Of a stretch of DNA of 64,000 nucleotides, positions 30,551-40,085 are shown piece by piece (position 1 is the first letter of the stretch; the number at the start of each line of letters is the position of its first letter). Below the pieces are notes generated by a model. The model was not told where the DNA came from. It saw only the letters and a list, made by a program, of their open reading frames with translations, and did not search any database. Both the position numbers and the translations under genes were made by a program. This DNA is from Candidatus Nanohaloarchaea archaeon (GTDB taxonomy: Archaea > Nanohalarchaeota > Nanosalinia > Nanosalinales > Nanosalinaceae), in NCBI GenBank assembly GCA_041639695.1, contig JBEQBQ010000001.1, positions 1-64,000 on the forward strand, read 5' to 3'.

Positions 30551-32260
30551 ATGACTCAAGGACAAGGGGGAAACCCGGATGACGAAAACGCTAAACAAGC
30601 TTTAGAAAACGTAAGGGAAATGGTAGGAGATGGCTCTGGAGACGATGATGCCGGTTCGCCGAGCACGACCGGAACTCAGGACGAAGACATAGATGTAGAC
30701 GAGGAATTGCAGCAAAACATGAATCAGAGAACGGGTTTCCAGAACGAGTTCGAACAAGCTTCAGAGGACGTAGCAGAAGGTATTGAGACAGGAGCAAATA
30801 AAGAAGCCAGCTCAATCGGATCCATGGTCAAGCAAGCACTCGGATTTGGAAAAGAGATGAAAGATGCTCAAGACGATATCGAGGAATCTGCAGATAAGCT
30901 GAGATCCATGGCTGGAGCCAGAAAGGCTCACTACGAGACCGAATTTGGGGATAGAGAAGATGAAGTATCTATCGACGGTAAGGAGGTAGAGGCCGAATAT
31001 AGTAACTTCAGATCAGAATTTGACCTAGCTCTTGATGAGACACTTCCGATGGCATGGGAAAGAAACCAGTTGATAACTCAGGACAGGAATCGTTCCAGAG
31101 TTCAGTCTGCCAGAGGCGCTCAAGATAATCCTACGCTTCATGATGAAATGGAGGAAACCGGAGATCTTTGGATGTTCGGAGAAGAGCAGGCAGAAAATGC
31201 AAAAGATAGTGCAGATGACGCTATAGAGGGCGTTCTTGATGAAGTTAATCTAGAAGGTCAAGCACTGGAACTTCAGGATAGAAAAGAAACTTACGAAGAA
31301 GTCGACTCTCTGGTAGAAACAGCGATTGAGAACGTACAGCAAGCGGACGATGAAGTTTCCATAGAAGACATGGAACAAGCAATCCACGAGGCAGCTGATG
31401 AATATGGACTTGATATCGGAGATGAAGTTGGTAGTGAAACAGTTGAAGCCATAGCAGATCGTTCAAGAGGCTATATTGATGACATAGCTGAAGAACTCGG
31501 CGTAGAAGACCAGGTAGTATCATCAGTAACTACAAACATCAGAGAGTTCTACGACGAGGGAGATGTAGATCCAATCGAAGCCGCCAACCTTCTTAGAGCA
31601 ACTGTGGCTGACGCATTTGAGAGACAGGCAGAAAGGTTCAGCACGGCAGTAGAAGCTGTTGAAGAAGTTGAAGGGGATCTTCAAGATACACTCGATCAGT
31701 ATGACACATTCACAACCAAGGCTGAAGATCTAACAAACGTTGAAGGTGTCGGCCCTGCCGTAGAGAGCTCCCTAAGTGATGCCGATATCGACACAGTTTT
31801 CGATCTAGCCAGTGCAAGCGATAGAAGACTTCAGAGAATGACAGAATCTAGGAACACTAGAGGCGATAACGCAGGTGAACTTAGAGACGCCGCACAGAGT
31901 TATATTCAAACTGAACTTGCACAGGAACTCGGCCTCGGATCGCTGACTGAGCAGATGGAGGATACGCTACAAGTTGGCGACATGACAAGCATTCAGTATG
32001 CGATCATGGAACAAGCTGGTGCTGCTTACGAATCTATTGACACGGTTCAGAGATATGTCAACAGCATGATGGAGAACACTTTGCCTGAAAGTTCAGGTAT
32101 TCAGTTTGAGGCAGATGGAGAAACCTATTCTGCAGAAGAAGCACTTGAACTAGCATCAGGAGAAAGAGAAGAGGCTTACGAAGAGCTAGGGCTTAAGCCT
32201 ACAGATCTTGATGACATAGGTTTCATAGAAGACACTCAAGACATCAAATACGAGGAGTAA
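30551..32260 (+). CDS. Acidic helical protein with internal helix-hairpin-helix motif
   Basis: DLTNVEGVGPAVESSLSDADIDTVFDLASAS; AGGTGA SD. Confidence 0.8.
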   Translation: MTQGQGGNPDDENAKQALENVREMVGDGSGDDDAGSPSTTGTQDEDIDVDEELQQNMNQRTGFQNEFEQASEDVAEGIETGANKEASSIGSMVKQALGFGKEMKDAQDDIEESADKLRSMAGARKAHYETEFGDREDEVSIDGKEVEAEYSNFRSEFDLALDETLPMAWERNQLITQDRNRSRVQSARGAQDNPTLHDEMEETGDLWMFGEEQAENAKDSADDAIEGVLDEVNLEGQALELQDRKETYEEVDSLVETAIENVQQADDEVSIEDMEQAIHEAADEYGLDIGDEVGSETVEAIADRSRGYIDDIAEELGVEDQVVSSVTTNIREFYDEGDVDPIEAANLLRATVADAFERQAERFSTAVEAVEEVEGDLQDTLDQYDTFTTKAEDLTNVEGVGPAVESSLSDADIDTVFDLASASDRRLQRMTESRNTRGDNAGELRDAAQSYIQTELAQELGLGSLTEQMEDTLQVGDMTSIQYAIMEQAGAAYESIDTVQRYVNSMMENTLPESSGIQFEADGETYSAEEALELASGEREEAYEELGLKPTDLDDIGFIEDTQDIKYEE

Positions 32261-32270
32261 TTTTCTCCTC

Positions 32271-33287
32271 TTATTCTTTCTTTATTTCTACACAGACACG
32301 TTTCTCTGAAGGGCTTCTCTCACCGCACTCAACAATATTTACGATAGAAAGTTTTTCCGAAACATTTCTGACTTCGTTTTCAACAGGTCCAAAGTCATCG
32401 TTCTCAACAAACCTGTAATAGTGAATCGTTCCGTCTTTTTCGAGGTGATTGTATGCAAGTTCGAGGAACTCGTTTGCTGATTCCGGTAAAGGCATTATGA
32501 TCCGGTCGAACTTTCCAAGATCGGGAACAACTTCGTTGACATCGCCTTCAATCCCTTTAACAGTGTCTTCAAGATCGTTTAACTCAATATTTTCTTTCAT
32601 GTAGTCGGCAGCTACAGGATTTTTCTCAACGCCAACAACTTTCTCCGCACCCATCTTTCCAGCCAGTACGGCAAAGGGCCCTACGCCAGCAAACATTACA
32701 AGAACAGTTTCTCCTCCCTCTATCTGGTCGCAGACTCTTTTTCTTTCCGTTCCGAAACGTTCTGAGAAGTAAACCTTGGTTGGATCCACTTTGTAACGAA
32801 GTCCGAACTCTTTGTGAAAGGTCTCTGTCTCTTCACCGTAAAGTTTTTCGTAGTCGCCTACACGGAACTCTCCTTTCAAACCGCCTTCCTCTTTCAGTAA
32901 AATAGTTTTAACCCGGGGATTGTGGTGTAGGATTCCTTCAACAGCGTCCTCCTCCGAAACTTTTGCCAACTCATTAATGACTGCAACATCGCCGATCAAC
33001 TCGTACGAAGGAATATCAAACTCTTCTTCATCTTCTTCATGGATTATCGAAACATCGTTCTCCAACTTTTCCTGAACTTCAGAAAGCCCTTCATCAACGA
33101 AAATATTATCGTCTTCACCGGTTTTCTCAATTACTTCTTCGATCGAGTATTTTTCGGATGAGAACGGTTTCAAAGTTAGTTTGGTTTCCCCGTTTCTGGC
33201 GATGATCGAACCATTTTTTTCATCGAGTTCGAAGTCCTGTCTTTCGAACAGTTCTCTGACTTTTTCCTCGAGTTTTTCCTGCTCCAT
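32271..33287 (-). CDS. trm5: Trm5/Tyw2-family tRNA methyltransferase (Met-10+ like)
   Basis: YELIGDVA, GEFRV, KVYFSER..TER, MFAGVGPF, EKNP, DRIIMPLP. Confidence 0.88.
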   Translation of the reverse strand: MEQEKLEEKVRELFERQDFELDEKNGSIIARNGETKLTLKPFSSEKYSIEEVIEKTGEDDNIFVDEGLSEVQEKLENDVSIIHEEDEEEFDIPSYELIGDVAVINELAKVSEEDAVEGILHHNPRVKTILLKEEGGLKGEFRVGDYEKLYGEETETFHKEFGLRYKVDPTKVYFSERFGTERKRVCDQIEGGETVLVMFAGVGPFAVLAGKMGAEKVVGVEKNPVAADYMKENIELNDLEDTVKGIEGDVNEVVPDLGKFDRIIMPLPESANEFLELAYNHLEKDGTIHYYRFVENDDFGPVENEVRNVSEKLSIVNIVECGERSPSEKRVCVEIKKE

Positions 33288-33322
33288 GCGATAAAAAGGT
33301 TTCCTGAGAGTTTTATACCGTA

Positions 33323-34027
33323 ATGCTACACATCGTAGGTCTCGGACTTGATGACGGAGAAATAACGCAGAAAGGCTTAGAGGCCGTTGAAGATGCCGAA
33401 AAGGTTTTCGCCGAGTTCTACACTAACACGGAAACGGTCGATCTAGAAAGACTTGAAGAGGAGACCTGTAGTGAAATTGAGAAACTTTCACGTGAAGAAG
33501 TTGAACGTGAAGACAGGATAATCGAATCAGCGAAAGAAACAGATACTGCATTCCTGGTCTCAGGAAACGCCCTTACTGCGACCACTCACTACGATATTAA
33601 ACATAGAGCCGAGCAGGATGGGATTGAAACTAATGTTGTCCATGCGCCTTCGATATTCACTTCTATAGCGGAAACCGGTTTGAACGTTTACAAGTTCGGC
33701 AGAACGGTTACGTTGCCGAAGGAAGGCGAACCTTCTTCGATCGTAAAGCATATTGAGAAGAATGATTCGATCGATCTCCACACACTGGTTTTACTGGATA
33801 TCGACTATAATGCTTCTAAGGCGGCTGAGAAACTGGTTTCGATGGACGAAAACTTAGGTCCGAGAAAGGTTGTTGTGCTTGAAAGAGCCAATCTAGAAAC
33901 CCAGAATGTCTCAGTAATGACTCTGGAAGAAGCTGCGAAACAAGAGTTTGGAGATACACCTCACTCGATCATCTTTGTAGGCGAAACATCTCACAAGGAA
34001 GAAGAGTTCCTTTCGGCACACAGTTAA
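33323..34027 (+). CDS. dph5: Diphthine synthase
   Basis: VGLGL, EFYT, ATTH, YKFGRTVT, HTLVLLDI. Confidence 0.95.
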   Translation: MLHIVGLGLDDGEITQKGLEAVEDAEKVFAEFYTNTETVDLERLEEETCSEIEKLSREEVEREDRIIESAKETDTAFLVSGNALTATTHYDIKHRAEQDGIETNVVHAPSIFTSIAETGLNVYKFGRTVTLPKEGEPSSIVKHIEKNDSIDLHTLVLLDIDYNASKAAEKLVSMDENLGPRKVVVLERANLETQNVSVMTLEEAAKQEFGDTPHSIIFVGETSHKEEEFLSAHS

Positions 34028-34051
34028 GTAAATCTGGCTCTAAATGTCTGT

Positions 34052-34504
34052 ATGTCGGCGACCAGCAGGAACGGATCAGGTTCTAACTTGAATAAATCAA
34101 GTGAAGCTACTCAGGAAGAGATAGAGACTGTAGAGGAAATGAGGCAGACCCTTGTTGAGATGAAGAAAGAGTCTGAGCAGTTCAGATCTGAGATAATGGA
34201 GATTCTTAAATACGTGGTTGAGGCGGAAAGAGAGCTGAAAGACGTAAGATCAAAGGAGGTCGAGGCAAAAAGAACCGGAAACCCTCGAGAGCTTGCAGAA
34301 GCAGTAAGAGAAGAACACAGAACTATCGAAGAACTTTCTCATGTAAAGGAGGGAATGTCGGATCTTGCGGAAAAGATAAAGATCCAGCGAGGTCTTCTAG
34401 AAGAGGCGTTAGGACTGGATGCTGAAGCAGTTGAAGAAGGCGAAACAGCACTCGAAATAGATGAAGAAGAGTTAGAAGAAATAAGGAGATCGCTTGAAAC
34501 CTAA
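34052..34504 (+). CDS. Coiled-coil protein, unknown function
   Basis: E/K/R-rich heptads. Confidence 0.7.
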   Translation: MSATSRNGSGSNLNKSSEATQEEIETVEEMRQTLVEMKKESEQFRSEIMEILKYVVEAERELKDVRSKEVEAKRTGNPRELAEAVREEHRTIEELSHVKEGMSDLAEKIKIQRGLLEEALGLDAEAVEEGETALEIDEEELEEIRRSLET

Positions 34505-34517
34505 GGTGTTCTAGTTT

Positions 34518-34754
34518 TTGGAAAAAGATAGTACTCAGGAAAGACTGGAAGAAGAAACCAGGAAATGGCTGGAGAAGCTTGAGAACAGGTTAGAGGACAG
34601 AGATGACTCTGTTGAACAGATGGAAAACGTTCTGGCGTACAAGGACGACACCTACCATTTTCTTGAGGAAGATGATTATGTCCGTGCTTGGGAGTCCGTG
34701 ATCTATGCTTGGGGTATTCTTGAGACCTTGGAAAGGCTTGGAAAGTTTGAATAG
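34518..34754 (+). CDS. DUF357 family protein
   Basis: AY.DD..HFL...DYVRA...V.YAWG.LE pattern. Confidence 0.8.
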   Translation: MEKDSTQERLEEETRKWLEKLENRLEDRDDSVEQMENVLAYKDDTYHFLEEDDYVRAWESVIYAWGILETLERLGKFE

Positions 34755-34785
34755 TTAAAAACGAGCTAAGTCCAAACAGTTAATT

Positions 34786-35058
34786 ATGAGAGATCCCTGG
34801 AAGTATATTGCGTTCCCGGTCGCCGCGGTTTCAGGCTACTTCGTATCAATAGCGGCAACCCAGCAGGTAAAGGTTTACCTAGGTCTCTCAGACTTCTTGA
34901 CAAGAATAATTGTATTAGCAGCTGTAGGACTTGTAGCAGGCTTCCTGGTCGATGAACTTATACCGGCTTACCTAGAAAAAGTTAGAGGAAGTTCTGGAGG
35001 CGTTGGAGGAGACGACTTCGGCGGAGGGGGTGGAGACGATTTCGACTTCGACAAATAA
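34786..35058 (+). CDS. Small two-TM protein with Gly/Asp-rich tail
   Basis: ATG start; tail GGVGGDDFGGGGGDDFDFDK. Confidence 0.7.
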   Translation: MRDPWKYIAFPVAAVSGYFVSIAATQQVKVYLGLSDFLTRIIVLAAVGLVAGFLVDELIPAYLEKVRGSSGGVGGDDFGGGGGDDFDFDK

Positions 35059-35506
35059 ACTACTGATCGGGATACTCAGTATCGTAATGCTGTCAGGAGC
35101 TGTCGCAGGATACTACTACGGTGATAACACGGATAGTTCATTTTCAACTGATAGCACAGAGTTCTCATTACCTAGTTATGATTCACAAGTTGAAATATTG
35201 GCGAAGCTCGTTGCGCCTTTCCTCCTGATCTTCATAATCTTTTATCTAGGGCTTTTCAAGGCGCTCTGGTTTGCTTACGCCGACGATGACGGCCCGTTTT
35301 TAACGAAGAGCAAGAAGGAGGAGAAGAAACAGGTACGGAAGTACGCCGCGATAATCGCCATCCTTATAGCAGGTATGACCGTTCCATCGCCGCTTTTCCG
35401 GGCTTTAAATGAATTTACGGCTGTGGTATTCGGAGGCCTTACCTACATACTTCTTGGAGCTCTAGGCTTCGCCTTCCTACTCGTTCTCTGGAGCATCTTC
35501 ACCTGA
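35003..35506 (+). CDS. Membrane protein (paralogous domain family of this cluster); start uncertain
   Basis: VAPFLLIFIIFYLGL...AAIIAILIA. Confidence 0.75.
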   Translation: MEETTSAEGVETISTSTNKLLIGILSIVMLSGAVAGYYYGDNTDSSFSTDSTEFSLPSYDSQVEILAKLVAPFLLIFIIFYLGLFKALWFAYADDDGPFLTKSKKEEKKQVRKYAAIIAILIAGMTVPSPLFRALNEFTAVVFGGLTYILLGALGFAFLLVLWSIFT

Positions 35507-35550
35507 TTCGGGCCAGATAATTTATAAATTAGGTGCGAATTAACTACTGT

Positions 35551-37035
35551 ATGAATAACAAAATAAAGGCGATTCTAGCCTCCTTCTTTGTCCAGATCTC
35601 AACAGTTGCAGCTCAAAATGATCCTATCGGAGTAGCCAGCGGAAACGGAGAGTTCGCGGGCATTATACCGCTAATCACCGATATATTCGGCTTCCAGATA
35701 GGTGGATGGCAAGATGTGGCGGTATTTGGAGCAACTGTGGGAGTCTTCTGGGTATCGTTCTATATTGTTATCGAGACAGCTCTCCGGAGAATGGGTAACG
35801 AATACCTGCTTGAAGCTTCAGGCCTGAAAAGCGGCGGTGTAGGTTCAAGTGGCGATGAAGGCATTAGCTCACGTATTGCGCTATTCTCGCTGCTTCTTGT
35901 AGTGTCTGCCTTCGGGGCTAATGGCGTGTTTGGAATAATGAACGGCCTCCAAAACATAGTCTTGCTTGCGATGGCTTTCGGGGTTATCGGTGCCCTTCTC
36001 TGGGCTTTAGGAGGTGGACTAATCTTCTCTGGTATGGGAGCAAGAGTCACAGGAGAAGGAGCAAAAGAATGGGGGGATGCAGCCTCCGACCTAGGAAACT
36101 ACTTAGAGGATGCAAGAGAACGCATGAATAATGGAGGAGATAATGCCGGCGATCAGGAAGACAATCTCGAAGGCGTTATACAGGACATTATGAACGCGGA
36201 AGCCGATGTTGAAGAAATGGTTGATGTAGATATTGAAAGACTCCAACAAGTGATTAATGAGATAGAGGAAGAACTGGAACTAGAAAAAGATGAAGTCAAA
36301 GATGAAAGAAAAATTCAGGAAGTGCTTAGTGACATAGAAGAAAGATTAGAGGGGGTAGAGGGAAGCGAAAGTAGAAGAGAGATAAAGCGGATTTTTGGGG
36401 AGAAAGAATCTGGCGGTTCAAAGCTTAAACAGGACATAAGCGCTCTTTACGAACTGATTGAAGATATAGAAGCAGATGAAGAAAGAGGAATTGACGTGGT
36501 AAAAGATGAGCTTCATGAGCTTCACGAAGTAATCAAGGAAATTCAGAGAGACTTTGAAGCTGTCAAAGAAATTGGCCAGATTATAGAAGAAAGCGAAGCA
36601 GATTGGAATCAGGTAGCCCAAAGAGCTGGTCAAGACGAAGAACTTGCTATGGAAAAAAATCAAATCGAGAAATTAGAAGCAGAGTTCCAAGACCTAAGAG
36701 AAAAAGAGTCAACGGTAGCAGCTGAACTCGATAGGGTTATAGAGTTGCTTGAAAGCCAGGTAAAAATTGAGAAGGAAGAAGTTGAGATGCTTCAAACCGA
36801 GATTAGTGAGAGCGGACAATTAATAAAGAATTTAGGCACATTAAAGAACCAAATTAAATCCGTTAAATCTGACGATGATGACTGGATTGTTAGAGAGATG
36901 AACTCCATAATACCTATTATTGAAAAGCAGATTGAACCAGAATTGGAAAGGCTTGAGGATATGGATGAGAGAGAACTTCGTAAGGAGGAGGAAGTTCTCC
37001 AACATGCTAGAGAAGTTAGGGCTAGAATATCTTAA
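35551..37035 (+). CDS. Membrane protein with long C-terminal coiled coil
   Basis: Signal-like N-terminus, 3-4 TM segments, then about 300 aa acidic heptads. Confidence 0.8.
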   Translation: MNNKIKAILASFFVQISTVAAQNDPIGVASGNGEFAGIIPLITDIFGFQIGGWQDVAVFGATVGVFWVSFYIVIETALRRMGNEYLLEASGLKSGGVGSSGDEGISSRIALFSLLLVVSAFGANGVFGIMNGLQNIVLLAMAFGVIGALLWALGGGLIFSGMGARVTGEGAKEWGDAASDLGNYLEDARERMNNGGDNAGDQEDNLEGVIQDIMNAEADVEEMVDVDIERLQQVINEIEEELELEKDEVKDERKIQEVLSDIEERLEGVEGSESRREIKRIFGEKESGGSKLKQDISALYELIEDIEADEERGIDVVKDELHELHEVIKEIQRDFEAVKEIGQIIEESEADWNQVAQRAGQDEELAMEKNQIEKLEAEFQDLREKESTVAAELDRVIELLESQVKIEKEEVEMLQTEISESGQLIKNLGTLKNQIKSVKSDDDDWIVREMNSIIPIIEKQIEPELERLEDMDERELRKEEEVLQHAREVRARIS

Positions 37036-37102
37036 TCCTCATCCCTTTGCCGTATATATTTAAACAGATAACAGGTAAAACGTACTAAGAGGTTTTCAAA
37101 AC

Positions 37103-37246
37103 ATGGCATGCAGTGGAACGATAATTCAGTGCGTCTCGAACAACCCGACAGTTGTGGCGGTTGGAGCGGTCGCAGGTTTTGTACTAGCAAAAGCGATGAA
37201 CATGCGTAAAAGAAAGCGCGGAATGGGCGGCATGGGAGGTTTCTAG
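37103..37246 (+). CDS. 47-aa single-TM microprotein with basic/Gly-Met tail (absent from ORF track)
   Basis: MACSGTIIQCVSNNPTVVAVGAVAGFVLAKAMNMRKRKRGMGGMGGF; GAGGT upstream; stop 1 nt before next ATG. Confidence 0.7.
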   Translation: MACSGTIIQCVSNNPTVVAVGAVAGFVLAKAMNMRKRKRGMGGMGGF

Positions 37247-37247
37247 G

Positions 37248-37502
37248 ATGGCCGATAAAAAGAAGTTCCACGAATACCTGTATGAGGTCGAGAACTGGGT
37301 CGACGAGTTCGCGATCGCATTTCTGTCGTTCGGATTTATAGTTGCGTTCATCGAGATCCTTTTCTTCCAGTCAAAGTCATTAACCTTCACGACGCTGGAT
37401 GAAGAGATCTACAGATGGGTTATGATGATCGGTATAATGGTTATTGGAAGAGAGCTGTGGTTGATGAACAGAAACATCAGGGAATACCTTGAAGGTGAAT
37501 AA
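37248..37502 (+). CDS. Small two-TM protein
   Basis: GGAGGT SD; two hydrophobic segments. Confidence 0.72.
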   Translation: MADKKKFHEYLYEVENWVDEFAIAFLSFGFIVAFIEILFFQSKSLTFTTLDEEIYRWVMMIGIMVIGRELWLMNRNIREYLEGE

Positions 37503-37506
37503 CTGA

Positions 37507-38091
37507 GTGGCTGTAACATTTAGCGGAATAATTCAAACATGGGCAGAAATGGACATCTTTACGGTTGTTCTGCCTTTCTTCCTTTCGCTACTGCTGTTTA
37601 ACTTCATACTTAGGAATCTAGAAATCTTTGACAGCGATAACTTCGGTGAGAAGACTGCTGGCCTGATAGCAGTAGTGCTTTCGCTCTTCGTAGCACAGTT
37701 CCTTGTAGCTAATCCGTACTACCAGAGCTTTTTCACAGATTACTTTGCAAGGATAGCTATCGGTATCGCAGGTCTACTAGGCCTGTTGATCTTCCTGAGT
37801 TACGCTGGAGTGAAACCTGGCAAGATCCCTATAATTACGGCGATAGTTGTGGCCGGAGCAGTTGGAGCCTTTGGAATGTCGAGAGGTTTCTCGGCCTTCC
37901 TTCCAACATCGCAACTTCCGATTTTTAACGTGTCCCTTAGGCAGATCTTCCAGGCATCATTAGAATACGGGGTAGTATACATCATAATCATCGGTGTAGC
38001 GGTATACTACATAGTTCACGATACAAGGGATAATGACGATGAAACCAGGACAGGAGAGGTTCTAGAAGCACTACTAGGGCAAAGAGACTGA
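37507..38091 (+). CDS. Membrane protein (paralogous domain family)
   Basis: MDIFTVVLPFFL...LIAVVLSLF; AGGTGA SD. Confidence 0.8.
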   Translation: MAVTFSGIIQTWAEMDIFTVVLPFFLSLLLFNFILRNLEIFDSDNFGEKTAGLIAVVLSLFVAQFLVANPYYQSFFTDYFARIAIGIAGLLGLLIFLSYAGVKPGKIPIITAIVVAGAVGAFGMSRGFSAFLPTSQLPIFNVSLRQIFQASLEYGVVYIIIIGVAVYYIVHDTRDNDDETRTGEVLEALLGQRD

Positions 38092-38103
38092 GGTGAATAA
38101 GAT

Positions 38104-38655
38104 ATGGGAATATTTGAGACGCTGGTTCAGAACATGTCACAGATGGACTTGTTCCATCTCTTCTTCCCATGGCTACTGATCGTCGCAGTTACCTACGGTG
38201 CTTTGAACAAGACAGATCTCTTCGAAGAAGATACTATTGATGCCGCTGTTGCCTTATCGGTAGGATTTATCGCGATGGCGGGACTGCTTGCGTTCGTACC
38301 GGCAAACATGTTCCCTCAGTTTGGAGCTGCGATAGGATTTATCGTGTTTGGAATCCTTGGTTTATTGATCGTGCTGGCGATGGCAGGAGTCGACGTGAAC
38401 GATCTCGCCGATACCGGGGACACACCTTTACGGGGTAACCCGATAGCTGTCGGAGGAATCATCCTAGTTTCGATAGCGTTCATAGGAGTGTTCCTGAGTT
38501 ACTTCAACCTTGGAGGATACCTTCCCGGCTTCTCCGGAGACATCGATCTAAGCCTAAGCATAGGTAATGAAGCAGTGATGCAGGTATTGACCATGGTATT
38601 CATGCTGGCTTTAGTCGGAGTCGTTATCTGGGCGACCGGGGAAGACGACGGATAA
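38104..38655 (+). CDS. Membrane protein (paralog of 37507-38091)
   Basis: MDLFHLFFPWLL...AVALSVGFI; GAGGTGA SD. Confidence 0.8.
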   Translation: MGIFETLVQNMSQMDLFHLFFPWLLIVAVTYGALNKTDLFEEDTIDAAVALSVGFIAMAGLLAFVPANMFPQFGAAIGFIVFGILGLLIVLAMAGVDVNDLADTGDTPLRGNPIAVGGIILVSIAFIGVFLSYFNLGGYLPGFSGDIDLSLSIGNEAVMQVLTMVFMLALVGVVIWATGEDDG

Positions 38656-38713
38656 AAACTTCTCTAATTTTCTAGTTAATAATTAAGATAGAAATATGGT
38701 TGGAAACGTTTCT

Positions 38714-39598
38714 TTACCAGTCATCCATGTCCATGTCTTTGATGTCGTCCTCGGAGATGTTGGAGTCGGTTTCGATACCTCTCTCCTGTTTAATTTCTTG
38801 GACAAGCTGTGTTAATTCACGGACATTATCCACAAGTGATGGAAGTACTTGCTGGAATGCTTTTTCGAGTCCGCCGATTCTTGACTGGTAGGAGTCGATG
38901 TCTTCCTCTATCTCGTTCATCTTGTCGATGAACTGTGTCTGATCCTCGTCATCCCTGACCTCTAGATCGTGTACTCTCTCATCAAGCTCCTCTACTTTCT
39001 GTTTTAATTCGTCGATCTCTGAGTATGCGTTTTCGAACTCTTCCTCAACCTTCTGGAAGTTCTCCGCGACAATTGTCTCGATCAGTTCCTCGACCTGTGA
39101 GGTCTGGCCGTCTAACTGAGGTGCTTGCTGTTGGGAGTTTTGCTGGGGCGGAGGATTATTGTTGTCCATAGGTGGCTGTTGCTGTGGTGGTGCCGGTTCA
39201 GGGTTTGAGTCGTTCATTCCGTTTTCTTCTTGTTGGTTGTATCCTTCGTCCATAGGTGACACCTGGTCTCCGCCTCCCTGATAAGGAGTCATAGGTTCAG
39301 GTCCTTCAGAATCTCCTGAAGCTGTGGATGTTACTGCCTGTGTCACAGCTTTCTGTATCTCCTGGTCGGAGTACTGGCCCTGAAGCTCGCTTTTTATCTC
39401 GTCTTCAGAATACCCCTGGTTAAACATTTCGTTTACCTGTCTTTCAAGCCCGGAGCTGAATTCGCTTCCTGAACCTAGGCCTGAAGACTGGTTCTGGTTC
39501 ATGCCTCCTGAGCTGGATAAACTGTTAGAAGAACTGGACGAACTTGTATCTTTAGAATCTTCTTCGTCTCTAAGCCGTCCAAAAAGTTTGAACTTCAT
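38714..39598 (-). CDS. Cytoplasmic protein: small helical domain, P/Q linker, C-terminal coiled coil
   Basis: QGYSEDEI..EL...YSDQEIQKA; PPQQQPP linker; VEELIETIVAE heptads. Confidence 0.8.
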   Translation of the reverse strand: MKFKLFGRLRDEEDSKDTSSSSSSNSLSSSGGMNQNQSSGLGSGSEFSSGLERQVNEMFNQGYSEDEIKSELQGQYSDQEIQKAVTQAVTSTASGDSEGPEPMTPYQGGGDQVSPMDEGYNQQEENGMNDSNPEPAPPQQQPPMDNNNPPPQQNSQQQAPQLDGQTSQVEELIETIVAENFQKVEEEFENAYSEIDELKQKVEELDERVHDLEVRDDEDQTQFIDKMNEIEEDIDSYQSRIGGLEKAFQQVLPSLVDNVRELTQLVQEIKQERGIETDSNISEDDIKDMDMDDW

Positions 39599-40056
39599 AT
39601 TTTGTCCTCTCCAAGGCCTTTACCTTCGGATTGTTGTTCCATGCTTTTAATCTTCCTGTCTATCATCCTCTCGACTTCATCCTTTGAAACGCCCTGTTTG
39701 CTGGACATCATCTTCTTAACCTCTTTTTTAGTCATGAAAGAAGACTTTATAGGGTTCATTAGCTCCATGTAGTTTTCTATCTCTTCAATTTCCTGTTTGG
39801 AGACGTATTTTCTTTTTTCTCGGTTGAGGTCTTTGATGTCGACTTCCATGTTTGCCATTCTGTCCCGGATCTCCTCTATCTCGTCTTCAAGTTCCTGTAT
39901 GTCGCCTGAAAGATCTTTTGTTTTCTCTAAGACTGTGTCATCGAGAGTGTTGACTCTAGCGTTGATGTTTCTGACCTGTTCTTCCAGGTCTCGGACTCTT
40001 CGGTTGAAGTCGTTGACCCGGTTCACGATCCGGTTCATCAGGTCTTGCTGAGGCAC
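39595..40056 (-). CDS. Coiled-coil protein divergent from the ATPase
   Basis: Continuous heptads ending YMELMNP; overlaps start of 38714 gene by 4 nt. Confidence 0.8.
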   Translation of the reverse strand: MPQQDLMNRIVNRVNDFNRRVRDLEEQVRNINARVNTLDDTVLEKTKDLSGDIQELEDEIEEIRDRMANMEVDIKDLNREKRKYVSKQEIEEIENYMELMNPIKSSFMTKKEVKKMMSSKQGVSKDEVERMIDRKIKSMEQQSEGKGLGEDKI

Positions 40057-40085
40057 ACCTTTTATTCACCAACGGTTGAATATTA

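Noticed and set aside
30551-32260. RadA assignment from the HhH motif
   Set aside because: No RecA-type ATPase domain present
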